Positions 50,612 to 60,738 of a stretch of 64,000 nucleotides of DNA are shown in pieces. The stretch spans positions 922-64,921 of the forward strand of contig JAQVJP010000001.1 in assembly GCA_028695145.1 (NCBI GenBank), written 5' to 3'. The translations under genes and the position numbers were made by a program. Position 1 is the stretch's first letter, and each line of letters starts with the position of its first letter. The notes beneath the pieces are model-generated. The model searched no databases. It had not been told where the DNA came from and saw nothing but the letters and a program-made list of their open reading frames with translations. This DNA is from Eubacteriales bacterium (GTDB lineage Bacteria; Bacillota; Clostridia; Saccharofermentanales; UBA5734).

Positions 50612-51363
50612 CTCATGCGGGGAGTTATTTTATATTCAATACCGCTATGTGAAAAAACAATGCTATCACCGTTATCAGGCGCTAACTTAATCCAGCCTTC
50701 AGCATTAGACATATCGAGAGAGTTATATAAATTCTCTCCTGTGTCATAGTTCCAGACTTTGCGCTTTTGGCTGTCTATAACTATATGCGGCGGTATATCT
50801 GTAAAAACCCATTTTTCACCAGACTGCAAGCTAATTTCAATAGCCGCTGGACAGTTACCAAGTTCAATTAGTGGTAATGATTCAACAGAGCCAAAATTCA
50901 GTTGATTTACAATATTAAGTCCTGAAGTAACGCCTTCAATAACTATTGGGTTTACTTCATAAAAATGCGGGTCATGAGCTATAAATTTAAGCTCGCAACG
51001 CCCCGCTGAACTTCCTAAGCGTTTAATTTGTTCCATACCATTATCTAGCATGACTTTAAGCTTTATGCTGAAATTTTCATTTTCAACAAAATAAAAGTCT
51101 TTCGGCTCTTTTACTGTTAGCCAGCTTGAAATATTTCTGATTTTCCTAATGTCTATATCATCAAAAAGAACAGGAACAGAAAACACCCTCGGGTTAAGAT
51201 AGGAATATGTAACTGCAAGCCCATCATAGCCGTAAGGCTGAGCCGTAACTGTTTCAACAGACGGTGCTAAACTTAGCTCTAACATTCCTGAGTCTGAAGC
51301 TATAATACCGTTAAAGTGCGACAGCTGATAATTATTAAAATAAAAGTCTCTAGTTGTCTCCAT
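50602..51363 (-). CDS. distal tail protein (Dit-like)
   Basis: 253 aa directly downstream of the tape measure gene and overlapping the Tal start. The call is by position and size. Confidence 0.55.
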   Translation of the reverse strand: METTRDFYFNNYQLSHFNGIIASDSGMLELSLAPSVETVTAQPYGYDGLAVTYSYLNPRVFSVPVLFDDIDIRKIRNISSWLTVKEPKDFYFVENENFSIKLKVMLDNGMEQIKRLGSSAGRCELKFIAHDPHFYEVNPIVIEGVTSGLNIVNQLNFGSVESLPLIELGNCPAAIEISLQSGEKWVFTDIPPHIVIDSQKRKVWNYDTGENLYNSLDMSNAEGWIKLAPDNGDSIVFSHSGIEYKITPRMRWL

Positions 51364-51378
51364 AAGTGAAGCACCCCC

Positions 51379-53220
51379 TTATCTCAAACCTACTGTAACA
51401 AGAGCGCCTCTTATATCTCTTGCAAGGTTATCATTATTGTTTCTTAAATCAAAAGGCGTATAGTTATTTACTGTTTGTTCTATCTTTACCATCTCGCCGC
51501 TGTTACCAATGCCTGTTAAGCCTCGTAAGCCTTCCATAATCATTGACGGTAGTTTATCAAGTGGAATTACAGCTTCTTGTCCAGCCTCGCCTATAATGGC
51601 ATGCATCGGCGCTGTAGTAATACCGCCCTCAGCAAGCATAGGAATTTTAGGAACACTAAAACCAAACTGCTTGCCTCCCATTACAGGAACCCATGAAGGA
51701 ATATTAATCTTAAACTTGTTAAGCCCGCCTATCATTGAGTTGACAGCTTTGATAACAGCATTAAGCGGCGTTTTTATTAAATCGCCAAGCCCGCCAAATA
51801 TATTAGCAAAGATATTTTTAATATTATCCCAAGCGCCCTTCCAGTTGCCTGTAAAAACATTTTTAACAAAACTGATAATGTTAGACAAAATAGTTTTTAT
51901 TCTGTCAATTTGTCGAGTAATTAGTCCTACTGTATCTGAAACAAGTGAACCTATTCCAGAAAAAACTGTTTTGAAAACAGGGGCTAATTTTTGAACCGCA
52001 AAATTCACCAATTTAACTAATACGGCTATCAAAAAATTGATTGCCGGAGTAAGCGCCGTGAATAGCTCTATAAGCGGCGGTAACAAAGCCTGTATAAGTT
52101 CCATTAAAATAGGTAGAAACGGCTGTATAGCCTGTATAACGGCTTGTATAAGCACAATTACCATAGGTAGAACGCTTTTGATTATCATTGTCAGCATAGG
52201 CAGTATAGGTATTAGAATTTCCTGAATAATTATCATCAATAGTTCAGTAAGCGGCGGCAATAATTCGCTGATTATTTGCATTATAACCGGAGCTAAAGGC
52301 ATAAAAACATCATTTAGTAGAACCATGAATAAATCTAACAAAACGGGTAAAACAGCTGTCCCTAATTCAAGTAGCACAGGTAATATTTGCGCTAAAAAAC
52401 TACCTAACGTTGAAGCCAGAGTAGTTATCATAGGTTGAATAGCAGGTAGAGCGGCAATGATTGTATTGAACAAGTCGGTTATTATAGGCATTAAACCCGC
52501 TCCAACTTGGTTTACCAGCCCGCCAGCAGTTCTTTTTATAGTATCAAGTCCGTCTGCAAACTCTACAGATGAATTAACTGCATCATCAGACATAACCATC
52601 CCCAAGTCATTAGCGGCTTGCCTTAATTCGTCAATGCTTCCAGCCTGTCCATTAAGAAGGGGTAGCATCTCTTGTCCTTGTTTACCAAAGATTTCCTGTG
52701 CAAGTCTTGCCTTTTCAGCGCCTTCTTCAAGTCCTTGAAAAGCGGTTACTATTGAATTAAAGGCATCTTCTTGACTCATTCCCTGAATATCTTCAAGTTC
52801 TAAGCCTAAAGAACCCAACATCTCAGCAGAGTTTTCTGATTCGTCAGTTATAACTTTTGTTAACTGTTTCATTCCTGTCTGCATAGAATCAATAGAGACG
52901 CCAGACTGACTTAGAATATAGTCCCATTCCTGAAAAGACTGTCTACTTAAGCCCAAACGTTGAGACATTTTGTCTACTCTATCTCCAGCGTCGGCTGTTT
53001 TGCTTGCAAGGCTCGCTAATCCACCAACAGCGGCGGCAGTTCCAGTTACAACAGACGCCCCCGCTACAGCTATGCCTCTGCCAATTTTCTTAGCTGAAAT
53101 ACCTGATTTTTTAGCAACGTTCTCTGTTTCGTCACCAGTTTCTTTTAGTTGTTTAATAGCGTCCTCGTTATTAACAAGGATTGACATTTTCAAAGCGCCT
53201 AAATCAAGTAAATTCGACAT
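51379..53220 (-). CDS. tail tape measure protein
   Basis: 613 aa. Helical N-terminus, a long hydrophobic Leu/Pro/Ile-rich central repeat region and a Gly-rich C-terminus. It follows the G/GT chaperone pair. Confidence 0.85.
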   Translation of the reverse strand: MSNLLDLGALKMSILVNNEDAIKQLKETGDETENVAKKSGISAKKIGRGIAVAGASVVTGTAAAVGGLASLASKTADAGDRVDKMSQRLGLSRQSFQEWDYILSQSGVSIDSMQTGMKQLTKVITDESENSAEMLGSLGLELEDIQGMSQEDAFNSIVTAFQGLEEGAEKARLAQEIFGKQGQEMLPLLNGQAGSIDELRQAANDLGMVMSDDAVNSSVEFADGLDTIKRTAGGLVNQVGAGLMPIITDLFNTIIAALPAIQPMITTLASTLGSFLAQILPVLLELGTAVLPVLLDLFMVLLNDVFMPLAPVIMQIISELLPPLTELLMIIIQEILIPILPMLTMIIKSVLPMVIVLIQAVIQAIQPFLPILMELIQALLPPLIELFTALTPAINFLIAVLVKLVNFAVQKLAPVFKTVFSGIGSLVSDTVGLITRQIDRIKTILSNIISFVKNVFTGNWKGAWDNIKNIFANIFGGLGDLIKTPLNAVIKAVNSMIGGLNKFKINIPSWVPVMGGKQFGFSVPKIPMLAEGGITTAPMHAIIGEAGQEAVIPLDKLPSMIMEGLRGLTGIGNSGEMVKIEQTVNNYTPFDLRNNNDNLARDIRGALVTVGLR

Positions 53221-53303
53221 ATATATTAAACTCCTTCCTCTTAAAATTGCCGTTTGTGGCTAAATTTAGCGTCTGTTTGTTGACAAGATTAAGAGTAGGG
53301 AGT

Positions 53304-53899
53304 TTATTTATTCATTTTCTTTCTAAAAGCGTCCATATCAGGGGCTGTTTGTTTCAATCGTTCACAGTCCTCTAAGTATTTTCTGCCCTCAGGGGTAGAC
53401 ATTAATCTATCTAAAAAGGCGTTTTTTAACATAAGCCTGAAAGTATCAACAGGTAGTTGCATAACGTCGTTATAGTTAAGCCCGCTATAATCAATAACAA
53501 GCTTGATATCCTTCATCATTTCTATGCCTTCTACTTTTTTGCCCTTCAATGCCTCAGCGGGCAATGAGGGCAATATTAGTTTTTTTCTGAAAGTAGATTT
53601 TTTGCAAAACTGAAATAGGATTCAATAACTACCTTAAGTAATTCAATATCAAAATTGTCAGATACATAAGACTTGTCAAAAGCCCTGTTTTCAGTATTGT
53701 TATTAAGAATCATAAACATGACGTTATAGAGCGCCTCTAATAGTGTCATATAATCATCATCGTCAAGCTCTTGTAGCTGAACCAGTTCTACAAACATTTG
53801 CTGAGTTGGCTTTTTAATCTTCAAAACTGAATCATCAAATAGTTTTATGTCAAAAGTGTTTTTGTTGCTTATCTGTTTTAAGTCAAGTATTTTGCTCAT
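53304..53899 (-). CDS. tail assembly chaperone frameshift product (gpGT-like), via -1 slip at 53585-53579
   Basis: The -1 frame is open from the slippery site: AAA AAA CTA ATA TTG CCC... gives KKLILPSLPAEALKGKK. This runs into the 89-aa ORF 53304..53573. Confidence 0.65.
53576..53899 (-). CDS. tail assembly chaperone (gpG-like)
   Basis: 107-aa acidic protein between the major tail and tape measure genes. It ends ...GAA AAA AAC TAA. Confidence 0.75.
   Translation of the reverse strand: MSKILDLKQISNKNTFDIKLFDDSVLKIKKPTQQMFVELVQLQELDDDDYMTLLEALYNVMFMILNNNTENRAFDKSYVSDNFDIELLKVVIESYFSFAKNLLSEKN
53579..53585 (-). other. slippery heptamer A_AAA_AAC (programmed -1 ribosomal frameshift site)
   Basis: The minus-strand sequence GAA AAA AAC TAA places A_AAA_AAC in X_XXY_YYZ register one codon before the stop. 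Confidence 0.65.
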
Positions 53900-53917
53900 T
53901 TAGAAAACTCCTTTTTA

Positions 53918-54439
53918 TCAGCCAGCAGGGGCGGCTACTTCTTCAAGAATAGCGTGTGCTCCGTCTGACATATCAATAGATTCAAATTCAAAGTCAGTAG
54001 TTGTCTCATTGTCGTTTGTAAAAGATAGCTCAACACCGCTTACAGCGTTTCCTAAGATAGTAGCTGTAACCTTAGAACCATCTTCAGATTCATGCACAAA
54101 ATGAACCCAATAGTCAGGAATCTTAGACGAAACTTTACCACCGATTTTCAGGGTAGAGCCACTTACTGTAACGCCCGCTATTTTAGCTACGTTTTCAAGT
54201 TTCCAAGTCATGATACCTGTTTTAAGCGAACATTTTTCGCTAATAATGTAGTTACCTACAATATGCCCGCTGTCAGCTTTTGCCTGATATGTCTCTTTTT
54301 CATAATTTATAACTGCACCGCCCTTAATCTCACCGGCTAAATTGCCTTCGATTTCAAGAGCTGTACCAGTAGGAAAGACTCTATCTGTAGCTTCCATAAT
54401 GTAAAGCTTACCTGAGCCTATAATAATTTTCTCTGCCAT
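53918..54439 (-). CDS. major tail protein
   Basis: 173 aa, upstream of the chaperone pair, with a beta-rich composition. The call is by position. Confidence 0.65.
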   Translation of the reverse strand: MAEKIIIGSGKLYIMEATDRVFPTGTALEIEGNLAGEIKGGAVINYEKETYQAKADSGHIVGNYIISEKCSLKTGIMTWKLENVAKIAGVTVSGSTLKIGGKVSSKIPDYWVHFVHESEDGSKVTATILGNAVSGVELSFTNDNETTTDFEFESIDMSDGAHAILEEVAAPAG

Positions 54440-54459
54440 AAAAGAATAACTCCCTTCAA

Positions 54460-54831
54460 TTAGCGACTCTGGACAATATAAAAACTAAACAAGTGATAAG
54501 TTTGTGTATTGTCATCTTTAAGCGAGCCGCCACCGTTTTTATTTATATTCAAAATTTTATTGTCTTTGCTATTATCGCCCGCCGTTAGTAAACAAGCTGT
54601 AATAGCTTCGTCTACCGCTAAAGCGTGTGAATAATCTTCGCTTATAATTCTTATTTCAAGCCTGTCAAGTCGTTTAATACCATCATCTGTAATAGGGGAG
54701 TAGGTATAAACAATAGCCGGTATTTCTGCTGTATCAAAAGCATTAATTACATCAATCATAGGGCGGCTAAAAAGCGCTGATACGCCTGTGTCATTACGAA
54801 TAAATGATAACAATCTGCTCAATATCTCCAT
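54460..54831 (-). CDS. tail completion / tail terminator protein
   Basis: 123 aa between the HK97 gp10-like gene and the major tail gene. The call is by position. Confidence 0.5.
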   Translation of the reverse strand: MEILSRLLSFIRNDTGVSALFSRPMIDVINAFDTAEIPAIVYTYSPITDDGIKRLDRLEIRIISEDYSHALAVDEAITACLLTAGDNSKDNKILNINKNGGGSLKDDNTQTYHLFSFYIVQSR

Positions 54832-54835
54832 GCGC

Positions 54836-55255
54836 TTAACCCTCCTTTAATAAATCGCTAAAATAGCTGATAATATTTGCTCTGTTTGCCTCAATAGCAG
54901 GGCGCAAAAAAGGCTTTGCTATCATTCCATTAGTACGGTAAAATTTGCCGCTTTTAGCATGATAGTAAGTCCAGTTGTCTTTCCTGCCGTTTTTTTCGGC
55001 GTGTATACCTGTACCCATTTCTACAAAAGGGGCATATTCAATGTTTGTTCCTACATAGCCTACAAGCCCTGTATCAGTCTGTTCAATGTCATGTGTTATT
55101 GAAGCTCTAAGTATTCCGTTATCGACTGGACAGTTTTTCTTTGCGTCGCCTTCTATAGTTAAACAAGCTTGTTCGAGCGGCTGTTTGAGTCGCTCTGGCA
55201 AGCCGTTGATAAAATGCTCAATATTTTTCAAAACCTCGGAAGCGTCTATATCCAT
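54836..55255 (-). CDS. HK97 gp10-family head-tail joining protein
   Basis: EGDAKKNCPVDNGILRASI...GYVGTNIEYAPFVEMGTG pattern typical of the HK97 gp10 family. Confidence 0.7.
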   Translation of the reverse strand: MDIDASEVLKNIEHFINGLPERLKQPLEQACLTIEGDAKKNCPVDNGILRASITHDIEQTDTGLVGYVGTNIEYAPFVEMGTGIHAEKNGRKDNWTYYHAKSGKFYRTNGMIAKPFLRPAIEANRANIISYFSDLLKEG

Positions 55256-55257
55256 AG

Positions 55258-55554
55258 TTACACCGCCTTAAGGTAAACAATATTTCTTTTACCAGCAGGG
55301 GCAATATAAAGCACTCTGTAATTACAGTTATCTGTCCTGACTTCATCATTAATTAAGATTTCAGCGGATTCTGTAATTCCAACGTGCGTTAAACCCTCGC
55401 CTATAAGATTTAAGTTTGTTTCTCTTGTTGAATTGAGCAAAGAAATAGAAAGTTCTATGCTGTGGCTATATACAAAAGAACCAGCAGTACCTAATTCAGT
55501 CTTGCCGGTTTTTCTGTAGATATCATAGGTTGTAAGTCTTGAATTAATGCTCAT
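55258..55554 (-). CDS. head closure / head-tail adaptor protein
   Basis: 98 aa in the connector module. The call is by position. Confidence 0.5.
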   Translation of the reverse strand: MSINSRLTTYDIYRKTGKTELGTAGSFVYSHSIELSISLLNSTRETNLNLIGEGLTHVGITESAEILINDEVRTDNCNYRVLYIAPAGKRNIVYLKAV

Positions 55555-55844
55555 TACATCACCTTCAGTCGGCGGTACTTGTTCAGCTGTTTTATAATGT
55601 CGGGGCTATAGTCAGAATAACTTTCACTAACCCCGCTAAAAGATTGAGCTGATAAACCCTCAGCGCCCAATCGGTTGTATTTTATTACAACTAATTGAGC
55701 GACAAGCGTTCCAGGTACTTCTGTAACATTGCAATATGATTTAACTTCTTCAACAGTAATAAGAATAAGCGTGTTAAATAACTCATCTTTATCAGTCTTA
55801 CCTGTCATTGTTTTGATAATACTGAGTATTTCTTCGTTAGTCAT
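55554..55844 (-). CDS. head-tail connector protein (gp6-like)
   Basis: 96 aa directly after the capsid gene, with an ATGA-type overlap to the next gene. Confidence 0.5.
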   Translation of the reverse strand: MTNEEILSIIKTMTGKTDKDELFNTLILITVEEVKSYCNVTEVPGTLVAQLVVIKYNRLGAEGLSAQSFSGVSESYSDYSPDIIKQLNKYRRLKVM

Positions 55845-55868
55845 TTATACCCGCTCCTTTATGCTTTA

Positions 55869-56654
55869 TTAAGCTGATTTTGAGATTTTAACTACCTTAG
55901 TGTCATTTGTGAGAGCGCAAAGATTTACTTTTCTCATAACAACAGTATTAGTTCTTGTTTCGATATCTCTATCTGTTTCTGTTTCAGCGTCCTTCTTAAC
56001 GTAAAGAGTAACGGCATCTTTTGTAGCCAGATATGAAACATCAGCAGGAACAAGCTTTGAAACTACAACAGGTACACCGGCAATAGAGCCAATCTGTCCA
56101 TTATAGATAATAGAACCAAGTTCAGCCGCCTTAAATTCTGCGTCTTTTCTTAGTCCAGCCTTCATAGCAGGATTGATAATCAGGAACAGCCCGCTCTCGT
56201 CTTCAAGATTCATTTTTGCGATAGCATCAACTACAGCATCATAAGTAACGTTAGCAGTTGCGTATTCCTGAACCAGAGTGGCTTTAGCAAGTTCTGCAAA
56301 GTATTTGCTGTTCATGTCATTAACCATAGCAGTAGCGCCGCCTTCAAGAATGTAGTCAACTACTTTAGAATCCTGCATTACTTGTTCGTCTGTGTAGTCA
56401 GCTGTCTGCTGGGCTACAGCTACCTCATAAGGGAAAGCTTCAAAAGAAATAGAACCTCTTACAGTGTTACCAGCGCCTTCTGCTACTGTCTCGACTGTGC
56501 CGCTATATGTATAACGGTTAATTTTCTTAATCATGCCCTCGCCTTCAGTAAGACTATCATCAATAGTCATGAAGTTGCGGGTATTCATCTTTGTGTTAAG
56601 AATGTCATTCAGCTTTGATTCGATAATAAAGTTCTCATAAACTACGTTTGCCAT
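55869..56654 (-). CDS. major capsid protein
   Basis: 261 aa directly after the scaffold gene. The call is by position and composition. Confidence 0.65.
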   Translation of the reverse strand: MANVVYENFIIESKLNDILNTKMNTRNFMTIDDSLTEGEGMIKKINRYTYSGTVETVAEGAGNTVRGSISFEAFPYEVAVAQQTADYTDEQVMQDSKVVDYILEGGATAMVNDMNSKYFAELAKATLVQEYATANVTYDAVVDAIAKMNLEDESGLFLIINPAMKAGLRKDAEFKAAELGSIIYNGQIGSIAGVPVVVSKLVPADVSYLATKDAVTLYVKKDAETETDRDIETRTNTVVMRKVNLCALTNDTKVVKISKSA

Positions 56655-56680
56655 GTTATTTTAATCTCCTTTAAGATTGT

Positions 56681-57238
56681 TTATCTTGACAGCTCTTTAT
56701 ACAGTTCAGGGTTAGACTTATATAGCTCTGCCCGCTGTGCGACTGTCATTTTCATAAATTGTTCTTTAGATATTTCATCTGACTGCTTTACAGCCATCTT
56801 AGGGGAAGGGGTAGCAAGTTTTGATTTAACCTGTTCGGCTACCGCCGCCTTAATAATTTTGTCAACGCTCTGAATTTTTGTGAACATTGCGTCAGCGTCC
56901 TCGTCTATAACAAAATCAATAAGAGTAGAAGGCAGTCCTTTTTCGCTAAGAATCTTAAGCCCTTCAATTTTATTTTCTCGCCTATTAAGTTCAGATTCCT
57001 TTTCTTCAAGCTGTTTCAGAAAATTCTGTCTTTCGTGCTCTGCTTTTTCTGATTCGCTCATCTTAGCCAATTTTTCTGATTCTCTAAGCTTTTTACTAAA
57101 TTCTTTTTCTCTCTTTTGAAGAGCCTGAGTAACCCTCTTGTCAGCTTCCCGCTGAAGCATCTGTTCAACTTCCTCGGCGCTATATGTTTCTTTCTTTTCC
57201 TCGGTATTTTCAGTAACTTCAATATTTTCATTTTCCAT
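56681..57238 (-). CDS. capsid scaffolding protein
   Basis: 185 aa, highly charged Glu/Lys coiled coil, between the minor head and capsid genes. Confidence 0.7.
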   Translation of the reverse strand: MENENIEVTENTEEKKETYSAEEVEQMLQREADKRVTQALQKREKEFSKKLRESEKLAKMSESEKAEHERQNFLKQLEEKESELNRRENKIEGLKILSEKGLPSTLIDFVIDEDADAMFTKIQSVDKIIKAAVAEQVKSKLATPSPKMAVKQSDEISKEQFMKMTVAQRAELYKSNPELYKELSR

Positions 57239-57307
57239 TAGTAATAATCTCCTTTTCGTGTAGTTGCGCTAAGCCCCTATTAGTCCAGCCGTTTATAGTC
57301 TGCTGTC

Positions 57308-58081
57308 CTACAGACTTGGTATAGTTGTGCATCGGCAATTAGGATGTAACGGCGGGTAATTTTCCCCTTCGTTAATTTCTGCCATTGAAAATTCTTTGTT
57401 ATGAAGCGCCCCGCATAAATCACAAGTTCTTTCATCTTCAGCTGCATAGTAAATATATTTGTTTACTCCTGCCCGCTGATATCCAGCCCTTGTTCCTGCA
57501 TTGTAGGCGTGTATAGATTCAGTCCTAACCAGCTTTTCAGCCGCTGAATATGATTGTCCAAAATCTTTAGATATTGCCTCGGCTATCTTTGCAGGGTTTT
57601 CGCCTGTAATGAGAAGAGAAGAAATATCGGTTTCTATTCTGGCGGCTATTTTACTTGTGTTAGTCCAGACTCTTTCAGAAAAATGTTTACCCTTATAAGG
57701 GGTAGTTAAAAAAGCGTCTACTTGTAGCTGTGATATTTTGTCAAAAGCTATATCTTTACCAAATTCGCCCGCTATATCTTTGAGTTCTCGCCAGTAAACA
57801 AGCCTGAGCATTGAATCAATGTCGGCTATTTGTTCTTTGGCTATACCTCTGAATTGCTGTTTAATCTGATTCTGTAGACTTCTATATTTTTCATAAGTGT
57901 ATAAATCAATGTATCTTAGCGGCGCTTCCTGCCGCATCAAGTCGCTATATAGGCGCTGAATTTTATTGTCTAAATCTTTATAAGCTTGCTGATAAAATTT
58001 TCTCTGTTTTTTAAGTAGCTTGTCTTCTTGTCCGGCTACCCATTCAAGCCGCTCGCTATTTCGCTTTTCCCAATAATTCAA
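57308..58081 (-). CDS. minor head protein (SPP1 gp7 / Mu F-like head morphogenesis)
   Basis: C-terminal DERTCDLCGALHNKEF...HPNCRCT motif. It follows the portal gene. Confidence 0.8.
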   Translation of the reverse strand: MNYWEKRNSERLEWVAGQEDKLLKKQRKFYQQAYKDLDNKIQRLYSDLMRQEAPLRYIDLYTYEKYRSLQNQIKQQFRGIAKEQIADIDSMLRLVYWRELKDIAGEFGKDIAFDKISQLQVDAFLTTPYKGKHFSERVWTNTSKIAARIETDISSLLITGENPAKIAEAISKDFGQSYSAAEKLVRTESIHAYNAGTRAGYQRAGVNKYIYYAAEDERTCDLCGALHNKEFSMAEINEGENYPPLHPNCRCTTIPSL

Positions 58082-59406
58082 TCAGAATCAGCCCCTTCAA
58101 GAAAAGAATAATCATCAAGGCTCTGTTCAGCCGCCAATCTTTCAAGCTCAGACTTTGCATCAGGAATAAATGACAATTTAGATATAAGAGTTTCATTAGA
58201 AACAATACCTCTAAGCTGATTAATAATACCCGCTGTTTCAATGTCGTTTTGTGGCAAGCTACGGCTAAAAGACATATCAATATCTCGGTAGTCATATGCT
58301 GAACCTATAACATTCATGTAGGCAGTTATTAGTTCTATTCGCCGCTGTAAACCTATCTTAAACAAGCGTTCTTTTTCGGCTGTTCGGCTATTAAAGAAGA
58401 TAAGCTTATATCTCACGGCTACCCCGCTGTCTGTACCAAAGCTTGGGTTTTGCAAGTCAGGACAAAGAGAAGTTTTGTAGATGCTGTCAACTAATCTGTT
58501 TTTCAGGTTTTCTATATAAGTATCATTGATATTCTTAGTTAGAAAAGCCGCTTTACCGTCATCAGGTAGCAATAGAACCCTGTTATTCTTCATGTCCTGT
58601 ATATCTTCATTAGTAGTACCTTCAAGCCCTGACAGGGCAAGGTAAGCGTCAGAGAAAGCTTCCAGTTCATCAACAGAATAAGAGTCAATTTTATTGTAAG
58701 CATCTTGTAGTGTGAGAATACTTTCAAAATCTCCCTGCTTGTCTGAATCGTTAAAGAAAACAACTACAGGGACAAGACTAAAAGCATGAGCTATTCTGCC
58801 TGTTTCAGTCAGCTGATTGCTATTGCCGCTATAGCTTATTATTTCGTTTCGGCTATATACCTGAACAAATAGAGTAGGTGTCTGCTCGTCTATTGCTTGA
58901 TATTCCCAAAACCTGATAGCAAAAAGTAATTCTTCTTCAAGTGTGTCATCATAAATAAGAATTACCTCGGCTGGATTAAGCCGCTTAAATCTTACCAATC
59001 CCTCTGAATCAATATATACCAGCTCTATAGCCCTGCCTGTGATACTGGCATCTTTAGCAAGTTGCATATTTTCGCCAGCTTCATCATTGTAATTATTTAT
59101 TGCTTCAAGCTCAGAAAGCATTTCCTTATTGTCTGACTGATATCTTACAGGCTCGCCCATAAAATAGCCGGTATAAGCATTAGAAATAATTCTCGTAAAA
59201 TTAGTTTTTACAATGTTACAGGGTTTGCTTGAATCAGCGACTGATTTATTATCAATAGCCTGAAACCCTTTGTAATAGTTCTGTAGCTTGGTTATATAGG
59301 CGTTATCTGTCCTGCTGGCACTGATATACTTCAAAATTTTTGCTGTAGTCAGTAGTTCGTCATTACGAATATTGTAAATTATCTTAATCACCTCTTTATA
59401 GCCCAA
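58078..59406 (-). CDS. portal protein (SPP1 gp6-like)
   Basis: 442 aa between terminase and minor head protein, with 4-nt and 11-nt overlaps to its neighbours. Confidence 0.8.
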   Translation of the reverse strand: MGYKEVIKIIYNIRNDELLTTAKILKYISASRTDNAYITKLQNYYKGFQAIDNKSVADSSKPCNIVKTNFTRIISNAYTGYFMGEPVRYQSDNKEMLSELEAINNYNDEAGENMQLAKDASITGRAIELVYIDSEGLVRFKRLNPAEVILIYDDTLEEELLFAIRFWEYQAIDEQTPTLFVQVYSRNEIISYSGNSNQLTETGRIAHAFSLVPVVVFFNDSDKQGDFESILTLQDAYNKIDSYSVDELEAFSDAYLALSGLEGTTNEDIQDMKNNRVLLLPDDGKAAFLTKNINDTYIENLKNRLVDSIYKTSLCPDLQNPSFGTDSGVAVRYKLIFFNSRTAEKERLFKIGLQRRIELITAYMNVIGSAYDYRDIDMSFSRSLPQNDIETAGIINQLRGIVSNETLISKLSFIPDAKSELERLAAEQSLDDYSFLEGADSD

Positions 59407-60703
59407 ATAAGGACTTGTTAAGCGTTTTTAGTTTGTTTTTATCATTAAGGGAAGATAAGGCATACCTGAGGGCGTCCATCAAATGATTAAATTCATCAAT
59501 CGGCTGATTAATGTATTCGCCGCTCTGCCTATCTTTTTTCCAGCTGTAGTTAGATAGCTCAATAATCGTATTTTCACAGTCAGGGTGAACAATAATCTCA
59601 TATTGAGACAAGTAGTCTATTCCAGCCGCTATAGAACCTTTACCTTTTTTAGCCGGTTTAGCGCTGTATATACCGTTAATTTTCAGCTCGGCTATAGACT
59701 TAGGTTCTGCTGAATCACAAATAGTAGGGAATCTATCAAGCCCTGCATATTTAATCAGTTCCGCTATTTTGTCGTTTGTTAAACCTTTTTTGTATATTTC
59801 CTTATAAATATACAGTGATTTTGTATTTTTATTCACTAAACAGGCAATTATAGCCGTCGGGTCATTAGAAAAACCAAAATCAAGCCCATTAACGGCAACA
59901 AAATGAATATTTTGTCTAATTAGATTATGAAAGTCAAAATTCTCTATTTTCCAATTTGTGAATATTAACTTCTCTAAACTTGCAAATTCGCCCTCTGAGT
60001 CTATTTGATACTGTATAGGTTTAACTATTTTAAGATGTTCCATATCAGCCGCAAAATGTGAGGGTAGATAAGGATTATCACGCCAAGTTGTTTTAATTAT
60101 TCTTGTGCCCGCTGGAATTACAGCGCCGTCTGCAAACCATTTACCATAAACCCAATTAACCTTAGATACAGGATTGAATGAATAATAAATTTTCTTGTAT
60201 TTGCTTCTAACTGAAAGCTCAACCTGTCTGACTTCCTCAGCCGTGCATTGTGTAGCTTCTTCAAACCAGACATAATCAATACCGTTGATACTTCGAATCT
60301 TTGCTTCGTCATCAAGTCCCTTAAACAGGATAGACGAACCGTTAGCAAATTCTATCTTCAGGTAAGATTCTTTGATTTTTGCCAGCCCCGCTATTTCCCA
60401 TTCGTGAATAATGTTAACAAATAAGTCAAAACAGCTATCTCTTAAACTCGCCGCTGTCTTTCGTATAACCAAGAGCCGCCGCTCTGACTGCAATAGCTTA
60501 ATAACAAGTGCTCGGGCTATACTGTGACTCTTACCGCTCGCCCTGCCGCCAAAGCAGACAAAATAGCCGCTATCATCATCATACAGGAGCGGCTTAAGCT
60601 TAGGAATTATAACATCATCGTTTATTGTAATATTAATAAGTAGCGCTCCCTTCTTGTGTAGTGCTGTACAAGCCCTCACAGCCGCAAAGTGATATACTTT
60701 CAT
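59396..60703 (-). CDS. terminase large subunit (PBSX-like)
   Basis: Walker A GGRASGKSHS, Walker B-like VWFEEA and a C-terminal RNase H-like nuclease region (DFGFSNDPTA...DALRYA). Confidence 0.85.
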   Translation of the reverse strand: MKVYHFAAVRACTALHKKGALLINITINDDVIIPKLKPLLYDDDSGYFVCFGGRASGKSHSIARALVIKLLQSERRLLVIRKTAASLRDSCFDLFVNIIHEWEIAGLAKIKESYLKIEFANGSSILFKGLDDEAKIRSINGIDYVWFEEATQCTAEEVRQVELSVRSKYKKIYYSFNPVSKVNWVYGKWFADGAVIPAGTRIIKTTWRDNPYLPSHFAADMEHLKIVKPIQYQIDSEGEFASLEKLIFTNWKIENFDFHNLIRQNIHFVAVNGLDFGFSNDPTAIIACLVNKNTKSLYIYKEIYKKGLTNDKIAELIKYAGLDRFPTICDSAEPKSIAELKINGIYSAKPAKKGKGSIAAGIDYLSQYEIIVHPDCENTIIELSNYSWKKDRQSGEYINQPIDEFNHLMDALRYALSSLNDKNKLKTLNKSLFGL

Positions 60704-60738
60704 TACTAAGGACTGTAGGGGCTGGAATCGGCTTATAT

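Noticed and set aside
51509-53263. Several plus-strand ORFs (161, 62, 93 and 97 aa) inside the tape measure gene
   Set aside because: They are mirror-frame artefacts of the repetitive Leu/Pro/Ile-rich tape measure coding sequence. They have no RBS, and the prophage is otherwise strictly minus-strand.
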